From positions 15,500,001-15,564,000 of the forward strand of contig CATNEN010000039.1 in the NCBI GenBank assembly GCA_950097015.1: a stretch of DNA of 64,000 nucleotides. Direction: 5' to 3'. The notes under the pieces are model-generated. The model did no database searches. It worked only from the letters and a program-made list of their open reading frames with translations, and was not told the origin of the DNA. Source of the DNA: Macrostomum hystrix (lineage: Eukaryota; Animalia; Platyhelminthes). The stretch's first letter is position 1, and every line of letters begins with the position of its first letter. The position numbers and the translations under genes are program-made. This document shows positions 49,601 to 61,600 of the stretch, piece by piece.

Positions 49601-52600
49601 CTCATCTCTCCCTTGTCTGGTATCTCCCGTGTCTCATCTCTCCCTTGTCTGGTATCTTCCGAGTCTTATCTCTCCCTTGTCTGGTCTCTCCCGTGTCTCA
49701 TCTCTCCCATGTCTCATCTCTCCCCTGTCTCATCTCTCCCCTGTCTCATCTCTCCCATGTCTCATCTCTCATGTCTCTCCCGAGTCTCATGTCTCCAGTG
49801 TCTCATCTCTCCTATGTCTCATCTCTCCCCTGTCTCATCTCTGCCCTGTCTCATCTCTCCCCTGTCTCATCTCTCCCTTGTCTGGTATCTCTCGTGTCTT
49901 ATCTCTCCCTTGTCTGGTATCTCCCGTGTCTCATCTCTCCCGTGTCTCATCTCTCCCTTGTCTGGTATCTCCCGTGTCTCATCTCTCCCTAGTCTGGTAT
50001 CTCCCTTGTCTGGTCTCTCCCGTGTCTCATCTCTCCCCTGTCTCATCTCTCCCCTGTCTCATCTCTCCCCTGTCTCATCTCTCCCATGTCTCATCTCTGC
50101 CCTGTCTCATCTCTCCCCTGTCTCATCTCTCATGTCTCTCCCGAGTCTCATGTCTCCAGTATCTCATCTCTCCCCTGTCTCATCTCTCCCCTGTCTCATC
50201 TCTCCCATGTCTCATCTCTACCCTGTCTCATCTCTGCCCTGTCTCATCTCTCCCCTGTCTCATCTCTCATGTCTCCAGTGTCTCATCTCTCCCATGTCTC
50301 ATCTCTCCCCTGTCTCATCTCTGCCCTGTCTCATCTCTCCCCTGTCTCATCTCTCCCCTGTCTCATCTCTGCCCTGTCTCATCTCTGCCCTGTCTCATCT
50401 CTCATGTCTCTCCCGAGTCTCATGTCTCCAGTATCTCATCTCTCCCCTGTCTCATCTCTCCCCTGTCTCATCTCTCCCATGTCTCATCTCTACCCTGTCT
50501 CATCTCTGCCCTGTCTCATCTCTCCCCTGTCTCATCTCTCATGTCTCCAGTGTCTCATCTCTCCCATGTCTCATCTCTCCCCTGTCTCATCTCTCCCCTG
50601 TCTCATCTCTGCCCTGTCTCATCTCTCCCCTGTCTCATCTCTCCCCTGTCTCATCTCTGCCCTGTCTCATCTCTGCCCTGTCTCATCTCTGCCCTGTCTC
50701 ATCTCTCCCCTGTCTCATCTCTGCCCTGTCTCATCTCTCCCCTGTCTCATCTCTCATGTCTCTCCCGAGTCTCATGTCTCCAGTGTCTCATCTCTCCCAT
50801 GTCTCATCTCTACCCTGTCTCATCTCTGCCCTGTCTCATCTCTCCCCTGTCTCATCTCTCCCCTGTCTCATCTCTCCCTTGTCTGGTATCTCTCGTGTCT
50901 TATCTCTCCCTTGTCTGGTATCTCCCGTGTCTCATCTCTCCCGTGTCTCATCTCTCCCTTGTCTGGTATCTCCCGTGTCTCATCTCTCCCTAGTCTGGTA
51001 TCTCCCTTGTCTGGTCTCTCCCGTGTCTCATCTCTCCCCTGTCTCATCTCTCCCCTGTCTCATCTCTCCCCTGTCTCATCTCTCCCATGTCTCATCTCTG
51101 CCCTGTCTCATCTCTCCCCTGTCTCATCTCTCATGTCTCTCCCGAGTCTCATGTCTCCAGTATCTCATCTCTCCCCTGTCTCATCTCTCCCATGTCTCAT
51201 CTCTACCCTGTCTCATCTCTGCCCTGTCTCATCTCTCCCCTGTCTCATCTCTCATGTCTCCAGTGTCTCATCTCTCCCATGTCTCATCTCTGCCCTGTCT
51301 CATCTCTCCCCTGTCTCATCTCTGCCCTGTCTCATCTCTGCCCTGTCTCATCTCTCCCCTGTCTCATCTCTCATGTCTCCAGTGTCTCATCTCTCCCATG
51401 TCTCATCTCTGCCCTGTCTCATCTCTCCCCTGTCTCATCTCTCATGTCTCCAGTGTCTCATCTCTCCCATGTCTCATCTCTGCCCTGTCTCATCTCTCCC
51501 CTGTCTCATCTCTGCCCTGTCTCATCTCTGCCCTGTCTCATCTCTCCCCTGTCTCATCTCTGCCCTGTCTCATCTCTCCCCTGTCTCATCTCTGCCCTGT
51601 CTCATCTCTCCCCTGTCTCATCTCTGCCCTGTCTCATCTCTCCCCTGTCTCATCTCTCATGTCTCTCCCGAGTCTCATGTCTCCAGTGTCTCATCTCTCC
51701 CATGTCTCATCTCTGCCCTGTCTCATCTCTCCCCTGTCTCATCTCTCCCCTGTCTCATCTCTACCCTGTCTCATCTCTGCCCTGTCTCATCTCTCCCCTG
51801 TCTCATCTCTCCCCTGTCTCATCTCTCATGTCTCTCCCGAGTCTCATGTCTCCAGTGTCTCATCTCTGCCCTGTCTCATCTCCTGTGTGTCATCTCTCCC
51901 CTGTCTCATCTCTCGCGCGTCTCATCTCTCCCGTGATTAATCTCTTCTGCTTTGAATACGACCCACTTCCCATACTCATAAATTACTATTGTTTGCCTCC
52001 TAAATGTTACGTAATTTTAGATTCCTTTGAAAAAATGCAATATCTCTCCGATACAGGAATGCGATAGGGGTATTGAGTACAGAAAGTTTCAAATATGTTA
52101 TGCCGCTATACAATGGAAATTGTGTTTGTTGTGAGTGACGCCGATTGGGTAAATCAGTGACGAAAGTTAGTGAAGTGAAGACAGAGTGCAGAAAAAATAT
52201 TTGTTGTAAATATAGAAAGCATAATATTCAATTAGTATTATTATTAATCGAAGGCATTGGTATATGAGAATGACAGAAACACACAGAGAAGTGACAAAGT
52301 GCCAATCACGCTGGAGTCAGGAGGAGAACATTTTCGGCCTTATTTCCAAGAAAATCCAAGCGAGAGAAAGTCCACTTCTCAAACTCCTTATTCGTGTTAG
52401 TCCACTTTACTCCAATCTAAAGTCATATTCCATCCCAACTCCGTCACTCAACACTTTGGCCGCTTCAGCTGAGGTGAAAATAACATAGATGTATTATTCA
52501 ATGCCTCATTTCAGTTCGCTTAACAAGCTTTACTTTTTATCACAGATTTTCCATCCGCTCTCTGCTCTGCATTCCGACGCGTGCACTTTTTCCTTGTGCT

Positions 52601-55600
52601 CAAGAATTTGAGTGCTCAAAGCGTCGATGGCTTCTATTTACAACTCTCGCCGGATAATGTAGCTTTGGTAAGTGTGTCGTTTGGCGAAGAAAGGATTAAG
52701 GAAGAAGAAAAAGCTCATCCTATTGGATTCCTGAGAGTCTCCGCTTATCTGATTGGGTTCCTGAGAGTCTCCGCTTATCAGATCGGGTTCCTGAGAGTCT
52801 CCGCACATCTGATTGGGTTCCTGAGAGTCTCCGCTTATCTGATTGGGTTCCTGAGAGTCTCCGCTTATCTGATTGGGTTCCTGAGAGTCTCCGCTTATCT
52901 GATTTGGTTCCTGAGAGTCTCCGCACATCTGATTGGGTTCCTGAGAGTCTCCGCACATCTGATTGGGTTCCTGAGAGTCTCCGCACATCTGATTTGGTTC
53001 CTGAGAGTCTCCGCACATCTGATTGGGTTCCTGAGAGTCTCCGCACATCTGATTGGGTTCCCGAGAGTCTCCGCTTATCTGATTGGGTTCCCGAGAGTCT
53101 CCGCACATCTGATTTGGTTCCTGAGAGTCTCCGCTTATCTGATTTGGTTCCTGAGAGTCTCCGCACATCTGATTGGGTTCCTGAGAGTCTCCGCTTATCT
53201 GATTGGGTTCCTGAGAGTCTCCGCTTATCTGATTGGGTTCCTGAGAGTCTCCGCTTATCTGATTGGGTTCCTGAGAGTCTCCGCACATCTGATTGGGTTC
53301 CTGAGAGTCTCCGCTTATCTGATTGGGTTCCTGAGAGTCTCCGCTTATCTGATTGGGTTCCTGAGAGTCTCCGCACATCTGATTGGGTTCCTGAGAGTCT
53401 CCGCTTATCTGATTGGGTTCCTGAGAGTCTCCGCACATCTGATTGGGTTCCTGAGAGTCTCCGCTTATCTGATTGGGTTCCTGAGAGTCTCCGCACATCT
53501 GATTGGGTTCCTGAGAGTCTCCGCACATCTGATTGGGTTCCTGAGAGTCTCCGCACATCTGATTTGGTTCCTGAGAGTCTCCGCTTATCTGATTGGGTTC
53601 CTGAGAGTCTCCGCTTATCTGATTGGGTTCCCGAGAGTCTCCGCTTATCTGATTGGGTTCCTGAGAGTCTCCGCTTATCTGATTGGGTTCCTGATTGAGT
53701 CTCCGCACATCCGTTTCCTGCAGCTCATCGTTACTGCGCTCTTTGTTTTAACCAGTCGTGGTTTCCCAGGTGTGGTGTGGTACACAACTAGTTATTTAAC
53801 AGGTAGTTCACAAAGCAAATACACACACGTCTAAGTAAGGCAACGACACAATGCGCGCAAAAAAACATTTCGATTTAAATAGAAAAGAATGGATTTGATT
53901 TAGACTTGAAAAACTATTGTGTATAAGCAGCTGCGGCAGTGGCGGCGGGTGTGACGTGGGTAAGGGGCATTGTACTGAGATACAGGGCTCTCTCACAAAG
54001 TCCCTGATGTAATTTGGCATGCTGGCCAAATAGTCCTTGTCACTGGCCTGCAACAGAAAGTTTGGCAATGAATTTGCTACAAAAAATCTTCACCACTAAA
54101 AGCAGAAGAACTCGTAGATATAGATTTTTGTCCAGATGTGACCGGATTTCCACAATCGCAAATGTTCATTTCTTGACGAGGATGAGAATGATGATGAGAA
54201 TAAAGCGATGCGATTAGTCAAGATTTTGCCGTCACAGACATTCTACAAAGAAATTGATTTCCCGACGATTGGGGAGAATCAGATTGAGAGAGAGAAAATC
54301 TGAAAAGAGGGGAAATTTCTCCCTGCCTCCCCTCTAGAAAACGTGGCGCTTCTTTGGTGGAAGGCGCACAGAAGTCCTGCTTGTATTTCGAGGGGGGAAT
54401 AGCGGAGATTAACAAAATCCTGCTCCCAAGATTGCAAATAAATCCTACAAGAAAGAGACTGGATTTCACATCATCGAAATGGTCCGGAGTTCTGTTCCAT
54501 CTAATGATTGCTATTCCAATAGCTACGAGTAGCTACGAAGCAGACGAGATAGCACGAGACTTTTGCGTGATGCCTCACTGTCTGACACCTACCTCAATCC
54601 CCTGCCATTAACCTCGCTCCCTGGCAGCCACCTCACATCCCTGGCAACCAACTCACTCCCCTGGCAACCAATTCACCTCCCGACATCCAGCTCACTCAGT
54701 GGTACCCACCTTACTGAGTACCACTCCCTCCCACCCACCCCAGTCCCTCGCACCCACCTCACTCCCTCGTACCCACCTCACTCCCTCGCACCCACCTTTC
54801 TCCCCTGACACTCACCTCCCTCCCTATACCATTGGCACTCATTTTACTCCCTACATGCCTGGTACCCCCTCTTAGATAAGTCTAGTGTAAAATGACAATG
54901 ACCCGCCTCATTTAAATTCATATGCAACACTGAAAAGTTAGCCAAGTTAACAGCCAGAAACATTGCTCACTATGCTCACATTTGTCTCCGGGTGCAGTTT
55001 AACTAAAAACTTCTTCCTCTTGAAGCTAAGCTTTCGCACCTTGGCCCAGTTGAAACAATTGATGCGAACAGTGCCCTGAAACACTAGCACGCCTGTGTGT
55101 GCCACGGCTAGGCTTAACGGCAGGCCGTCTCTGTCCTGAAATTACAGGTGCAATCTGCTGGTTTGAGGCTTTTTTCTGAATATAAAAATTGGATAACTCA
55201 CGTGAGCAGGGTGTAGTCTGATGCCATACAGATCAACCTTTCTAACAGTATCCAACAGGCTGTATTCTGCATCTTCAGGTGTCAGACCGCTGAAAAAATA
55301 AATAACAATTGATTGCTCATTTACATTTCAGCCCCTCACCCGATAAGCGATGGTCCAACCCCTCACTCTGATAAGCGATGGTCCAACCCCTCATTCTGAT
55401 AATCGATGGTCCAACCCCTCATCCTGATAAGCGATGGTCCAACCCCTCATCCTGATAAGCGACGGTCCAACCCCTCACTTTGATAAGCGATGGTCCAACC
55501 CCTCACTCTGATAAGCGATGGTCCAACCCCTCACCCTGATAAGCGACGGTCCAACCCCTCACTTTGATAAGCGATGGTCCAACCCCTCACTCTGATAAGC

Positions 55601-58600
55601 GATGGTCCAACCCCTCACCCTGATAAGCGATGGTCCAACCCCTCACTCTGATAAGCGATGGTCCAACCCCTCACTCTGATAAGCGATGGTCTCACACCGC
55701 CCTATTAAGCAATTTTTCCACCCCTCGCCACTCTGAATTGCTACTTACATGTGGGCCCTGTGATACTCCATGACTTTTTTTAAAAGCTCTTCGGTGACAG
55801 GACTTGGTAACACTTTTAGGCGGGTGAGGTAGAGAGTGTCAAGGTATTCTTCTTCCAAGAAGTCGCCAATCTCCGCTGAAATTCAAATTCGATCGAGCAG
55901 TAAATTTACGTAATCTCAGGACGTGAGGTGGGTGTTATTTTTAACGATCGAATCTTCGTTCGATTTGTATGGCCAAATCGAACGAAGAAAATAATGAAAA
56001 GAATATTGTTCAATATAGGCACAGACAAGCCATTTGGTCGTAATTGAGTTTGACAAAGAAGGATCGATAATAAGCCTAAATAGAAATGGATGGGCCCTTG
56101 TAAACTAACTCGTTACTTCAGAGGACTCGCTGATGACAAATGACGATGACAAATTGTGACTAGTCCTAGTCTCTCGGCCAGGCGTACCAGAAAGAAGAAA
56201 AAGAACTGCCTACATTGGCCGTCCTCCACTTCCATGAGTATGACGGATTTAAAATGGAGGCCAGGACGGTATGAGGAGAACTACGAAGCGACCATTCCCA
56301 TTTCCTTCTAGAAGGAGCCGGAAAATTGCATTTTCCACTTGAGCTGAAACGCCGGCAATTAGCAATAAGTCAGTAGAAGTCTAAACTCGTTGGCATTAGC
56401 TCTGTGCCTATTGCCTGGGCATTGAAGGAACACTGCTGTGGTCACTCGCTCCAGAGCCCCACTGAGGAACTGAACAAGCCAAATGATTTTGGTGAAGCGC
56501 AGATAATGCTTTGACCACAAATGGGAATTCCATTTTATAACTGGGATAACTCTGCAGGCGTAACCGCACGGGAAGAGGAGGCGAATCCCTCGTATCCCTT
56601 TTCAACATGCTAAACTAAAGATAAGCAGTAATGTACTTTAACAGGATCCTCACTGATAGATCTGAGTGTGAAGGATCTGGCCTCACTGAAGGACCTGAGG
56701 TGGCCTCACTGAAGGACCTGAAGTGGCCTCACCGAAGGACCTGAGGTGGCCTCACTAAAGGGTCTGAGGTGGCCTCTCTGATAGATCTGAGGTGGCCTCA
56801 CTGAAGGATCTGAGGTGGACTCACTGAAGCACCTGAGGTAGACTTGCTGAAGGATCTGAGGTGGACTCACTGAACGATCTGAGGGTGAAGGATCTGAGGT
56901 GGACTCACTGAAGCACCTGAGGTGGCCTCACTGAAGCACCTGACGTGGCCTCACTGAAGGACCTGAGGTGGCCTCACTGAAGGGTCTGAGGTGGCCTCTC
57001 TGATAGATCTGAGGTGGACTCACTGAAGGACCTGAAGTGGCCTCACCGAAGGACCTGAGGTGGCCTCACTAAAGGGTCTGAGGTGGCCTCTCTGATAGAT
57101 CTGAGGTGGCCTCACTGAAGGATCTGAGGTGGACTCACTGATGGATCTGAGGTGGACTCACTGAAGCACCTGAGGTAGACTTGCTGAAGGATCTGAGGTG
57201 GACTCACTGAACGATCTGAGGGTGAAGGATCTGAGGTGGACTCACTGAAGCACCTGAGGTGGCCTCACTGAAGGACCTGAGGTGGCCTCACTGAAGGACC
57301 TGAGGGTGAAGGATCTAAAGTGGACTCACTGAAGGACCTGAGGTGGACTCACTGAAGGATCTGAGGTGGACTCACTGAAGGATCTGAGGTGGACTCACTG
57401 AAGGATCTAAGGCGTCCTCACTGAAGGATCTGAGGTGGCCTCACCGAAGGATCTGAGGTGGCCTCACCGAAGGATCTGAGGTGGCCTCACTGAAGGATCT
57501 GAGGTGGCCTCACTGAAGGATCTGAGGTCGACTCTCCGAAGGATCTGAGGTGGCCTCACTGAAGGATCTGAGGTGGCCTCACCGAAGGATCTGAGGTGGC
57601 CTCACCGAAGGATCTGAGGTGGCCTCACTGAAGGATCTGAGGTCGACTCTCCGAAGGATCTGAGGTGGCCTCACTGAAGGATCTGAGGTCGACTCTCCGA
57701 AGGATCTGAGGTGGCCTCACTGAAGGATCTGAGGTGGCCTCACCGAAGGATCTGAGGTGGCCTCACTGAAGGATCTGAGGTGGCCTCACCGAAGGATCTG
57801 AGGTGGCCTCACTGAAGGATCTGAGGTGGACTCACTGAAGGATCTGAGGTGGCCTCACCGAAGGATCTGAGGTGGCCTCACTGAAGGATCTGAGGTCGAC
57901 TCTCCGAAGGATCTGAGGTGGACTCACTGAAGGATCTGAGGTGGCCTCACTGAAGGATCTGAGGTCGACTCTCCGAAGGACCTGAGGTGGACTCACTGAA
58001 GGATCTGAGGTGGCCTCACTGAAGGATCTGAGGTCGACTCTCCGAAGGATCTGAGGTGGCCTCACTGAAGGATCTGAGGTCGACTCTCCGAAGGATCTGA
58101 GGTGGCCTCACTGAAGGACCTGAGGTGGCCTCACCGAAGGATCTGAGGTGGCCTCACTGAAGGACCTGAGGGTGAAGGATCTAAAGTGGACTCACTGAAG
58201 GACCTGAGGTGGACTCACTGAAGGATCTGAGGTGGACTCACTGAAGGATCTGAGGTGGACTCACTGAAGGATCTAAGGCGTCCTCACTGAAGGATCTGAG
58301 GTGGCCTCACCGAAGGATCTGAGGTGGCCTCACCGAAGGATCTGAGGTGGCCTCACTGAAGGATCTGAGGTGGCCTCACTGAAGGATCTGAGGTCGACTC
58401 TCCGAAGGATCTGAGGTGGCCTCACTGAAGGATCTGAGGTGGCCTCACCGAAGGATCTGAGGTGGCCTCACTGAAGGATCTGAGGTGGCCTCACCGAAGG
58501 ATCTGAGGTGGCCTCACTGAAGGATCTGAGGTCGACTCTCCGAAGGATCTGAGGTGGCCTCACTGAAGGATCTGAGGTCGACTCTCCGAAGGATCTGAGG

Positions 58601-61600
58601 TGGCCTCACTGAAGGATCTGAGGTCGACTCTCCGAAGGATCTGAGGTGGCCTCACTGAAGGATCTAAGGTGGCCTCACCGAAGGATCTGAGGTGGCCTCA
58701 CTGAAGGATCTGAGGTGGCCTCACTAATATATTGGGAGCACTGAAAGATCATTTCTATTTAAGCACAACGACAGAGCGCGGTCAGTCAGATACGGCAGGA
58801 ATAATGGTGACCAATGCCCTAATCCTAAAGCTGTAAAAAGCTCGTAAATCACGACCTGCGGAGATAAACGACTAGAGCCTTGCTCGGATGCGAAGGAATA
58901 CGTGAGCCTCTGTGCTGTGCTTAAAAACAGATTTAAGATTGAGGCTGGCGTAAGAGACAGAAAGTCAGAGTCAAGAGATTAGATAAGCTAGCTTTATAAT
59001 GCTGAGGTATAGTGAATTCCCAAATACTGAGATGAATCAGAATGGCTTCGCTGTGTAGTTTGAAAGACAATTTTTCTCAAATCCTTCAGTGAGTCCACCT
59101 TAGATCCTTCACCCTCAGATCCTTCAGTGAGTCCACCTCAGGTCCTTCAGTGAGTCCACCTCAAATCCTTCAGTGAGTCCACCTCAGATCCATCAGTGAG
59201 TCCACCTTAGATCCTTCACCCTCAGATCCTTCAGTGAGTCCACCTTAGATCCTTCACCCTCAGATCCTTCAGTGAGTCCACCTCAGATCCTTCAGTGAGT
59301 CCACCTTAGATCCTTCACCCTCAGATCCTTCAGTGAGTCCACCTCAAATCCTTCAGTGAGTCCACCTCAGGTCCTTCAGTGAGTCGACCTCAAATCCTTC
59401 AGTGAGTCCACCTCAGATCCTTCAGTGAGTCCACCTCAAATCCTTCAGTGAGTCCACCTCAGATCCTTCACCCTCAGATCGTTCAGTGAGTCCACCTCAG
59501 ATCCTTCAGCAAGTCTACCTCAGGTGCTTCAGTGAGTCCACCTCAGATCCTTCAGTGAGTCCACCTCAGATCCTTCAGTGAGGCCACCTCAGATCCGTCA
59601 CACTCAGATCCGTCACACTCAGATCCGTCACACTCAGATCCTTCACACTCAGATCCGTCACACTCAGATCCGTCACACTCAGATCCCTCACACTCAGATC
59701 CCTCACACTCAGATCCGTCACACTCAGATCCGTCACACTCAGATCCTTCACACTCAGATCCGTCACACTCAGATCCGTCACACTCAGATCCGTCACACTC
59801 AGATCCGTCACACTCAGATCCGTCACACTCAGATCCCTCACACTCAGATCCGTCACACTCAGATCCCTCACACTCAGATCCGTCACACTCAGATCCCTCA
59901 CACTCAGATCCGTCACACTCAGATCCGTCACACTCAGATCCCTCACACTCAGATCCGTCACACTCAGATCCGTCACACTCAGATCCGTCACACTCAGATC
60001 CCTCACACTCAGATCCGTCACACTCAGATCCGTCACACTCAGATCCGTCACACTCAGATCCCTCACACTCAGATCCGTCACACTCAGATCCGTCACACTC
60101 AGATCCCTCACACTCAGATCCCTCACACTCAGATCCCATAAAACGCATAGTTGCATGCTTATGCTATAGCTCTTGTCTGTTAGGGAATGAACTCTGATAC
60201 AGTGGGACTGCCACAGAAGTGCATTAGGCCTATGCCACATGCCTAGCACTAGTTGCCCGACTCTGTAAGCGAGAGCTTTGGAAAAAATTGATGATAAAAA
60301 CTTTCATTCGCAGGCCGAAACATTTCCTAACACCATCAGGCTCGCTTTAATTCCACAGCCCTCTATATCCTGGCAGAAGTTTTCCAGTTGTCAACATTGA
60401 TCCCTTGTGCAATTTTAAAATTTCTCGAAGCTTAAAAATGACTATGGCCAAGCCATAATAATGTCTGAAATATGTGTTGTCTGCCTCTGTCTGAATCATG
60501 TCAGCAATTAAAACTAGAGAAAGTCAAATGCCGAATCGAATTTCGCTGGCCAAATTATTTTAGCTCTATTTGATGACGATTGATTAGCGCTAGAGAACTT
60601 TCCACTTTACATTTTGGAGCTCTTACCGATTATCTCTCGTTTGCACTTTTATCACTCTATCTTATACCTAGGACAAACACTTCACTACTCGACCCCAAGG
60701 ACAGCCACCCCAATTATCGACCGTATCGACAACCACCTCACTCCTCGCACCCAAGGACAGTCAACCCACTTATCGACCGAATAGACAACCACCTCACTCC
60801 ACAAAGCTAAGGACAGACACCCCACTTATCGACAGTATGGACATCCACCTCACTCCTCGACCCTAAGGACAGCCACCCCACTTATCGACAGTATGGACAT
60901 CCACCTCACTCCTCGACCCTAAGGACAGCCACCCCACTTATCGACAGTATGGACATCCACCTCACTCCTAGACCCTAAGGACAGCCACCCCACTTATCGA
61001 CAGTATGGATATCCACCTAAGTACTCGACCCTAAGGACAGCCACCCCACTTATCGGCCCCATAGACGAAAGCCACACTCCTGGACACTAATAAACTCACC
61101 TTGAACGAGGTAAGAGGCCAACAGGGCGGCAGTGTTGTCGCAGCACGGCAGCAGACCGTTGACAATGTCGCGTTTGATTTGCAATGAGAATAGAAACCTG
61201 TGGAATTTCCGGCCGTTGGGAAAACATATCTCACCATGGCGGCAAAATTAAGAGAAAAGAGAAGACAGGTATCGGAAGAAGAGGAAGAGAGTTTCAAGGA
61301 GGGGAAGAGATTTGGATGGAGGGGAAGAGATTTGGATGGAGGGGAAGATAGCTGGATGGATGGGAGAGAGCTGGATGGATGGGAGAGAGCTGGATGGATG
61401 GGAGAGAGCTGGATGGATGGGAGAGAGCTGGATGGATGGGAAGAGAGCTGGATGGATGGGAGAGAGCTGGATGGATGGGAGAGAGCTGGATGGATGGGAA
61501 GAGAGCTGGATGGATGGGAAGAGAGCTGGATGGATGAGAGAGAGCTGGATGGATGGGAGAGAGCTGGATGGATGGGAGAGAGCTGGATGGATGGGAAGAG

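Noticed and set aside
38730-60137. CRISPR-like appearance of 23-32-bp repeats
   Set aside because: Head-to-tail units without unique spacers, no cas genes, eukaryotic context.
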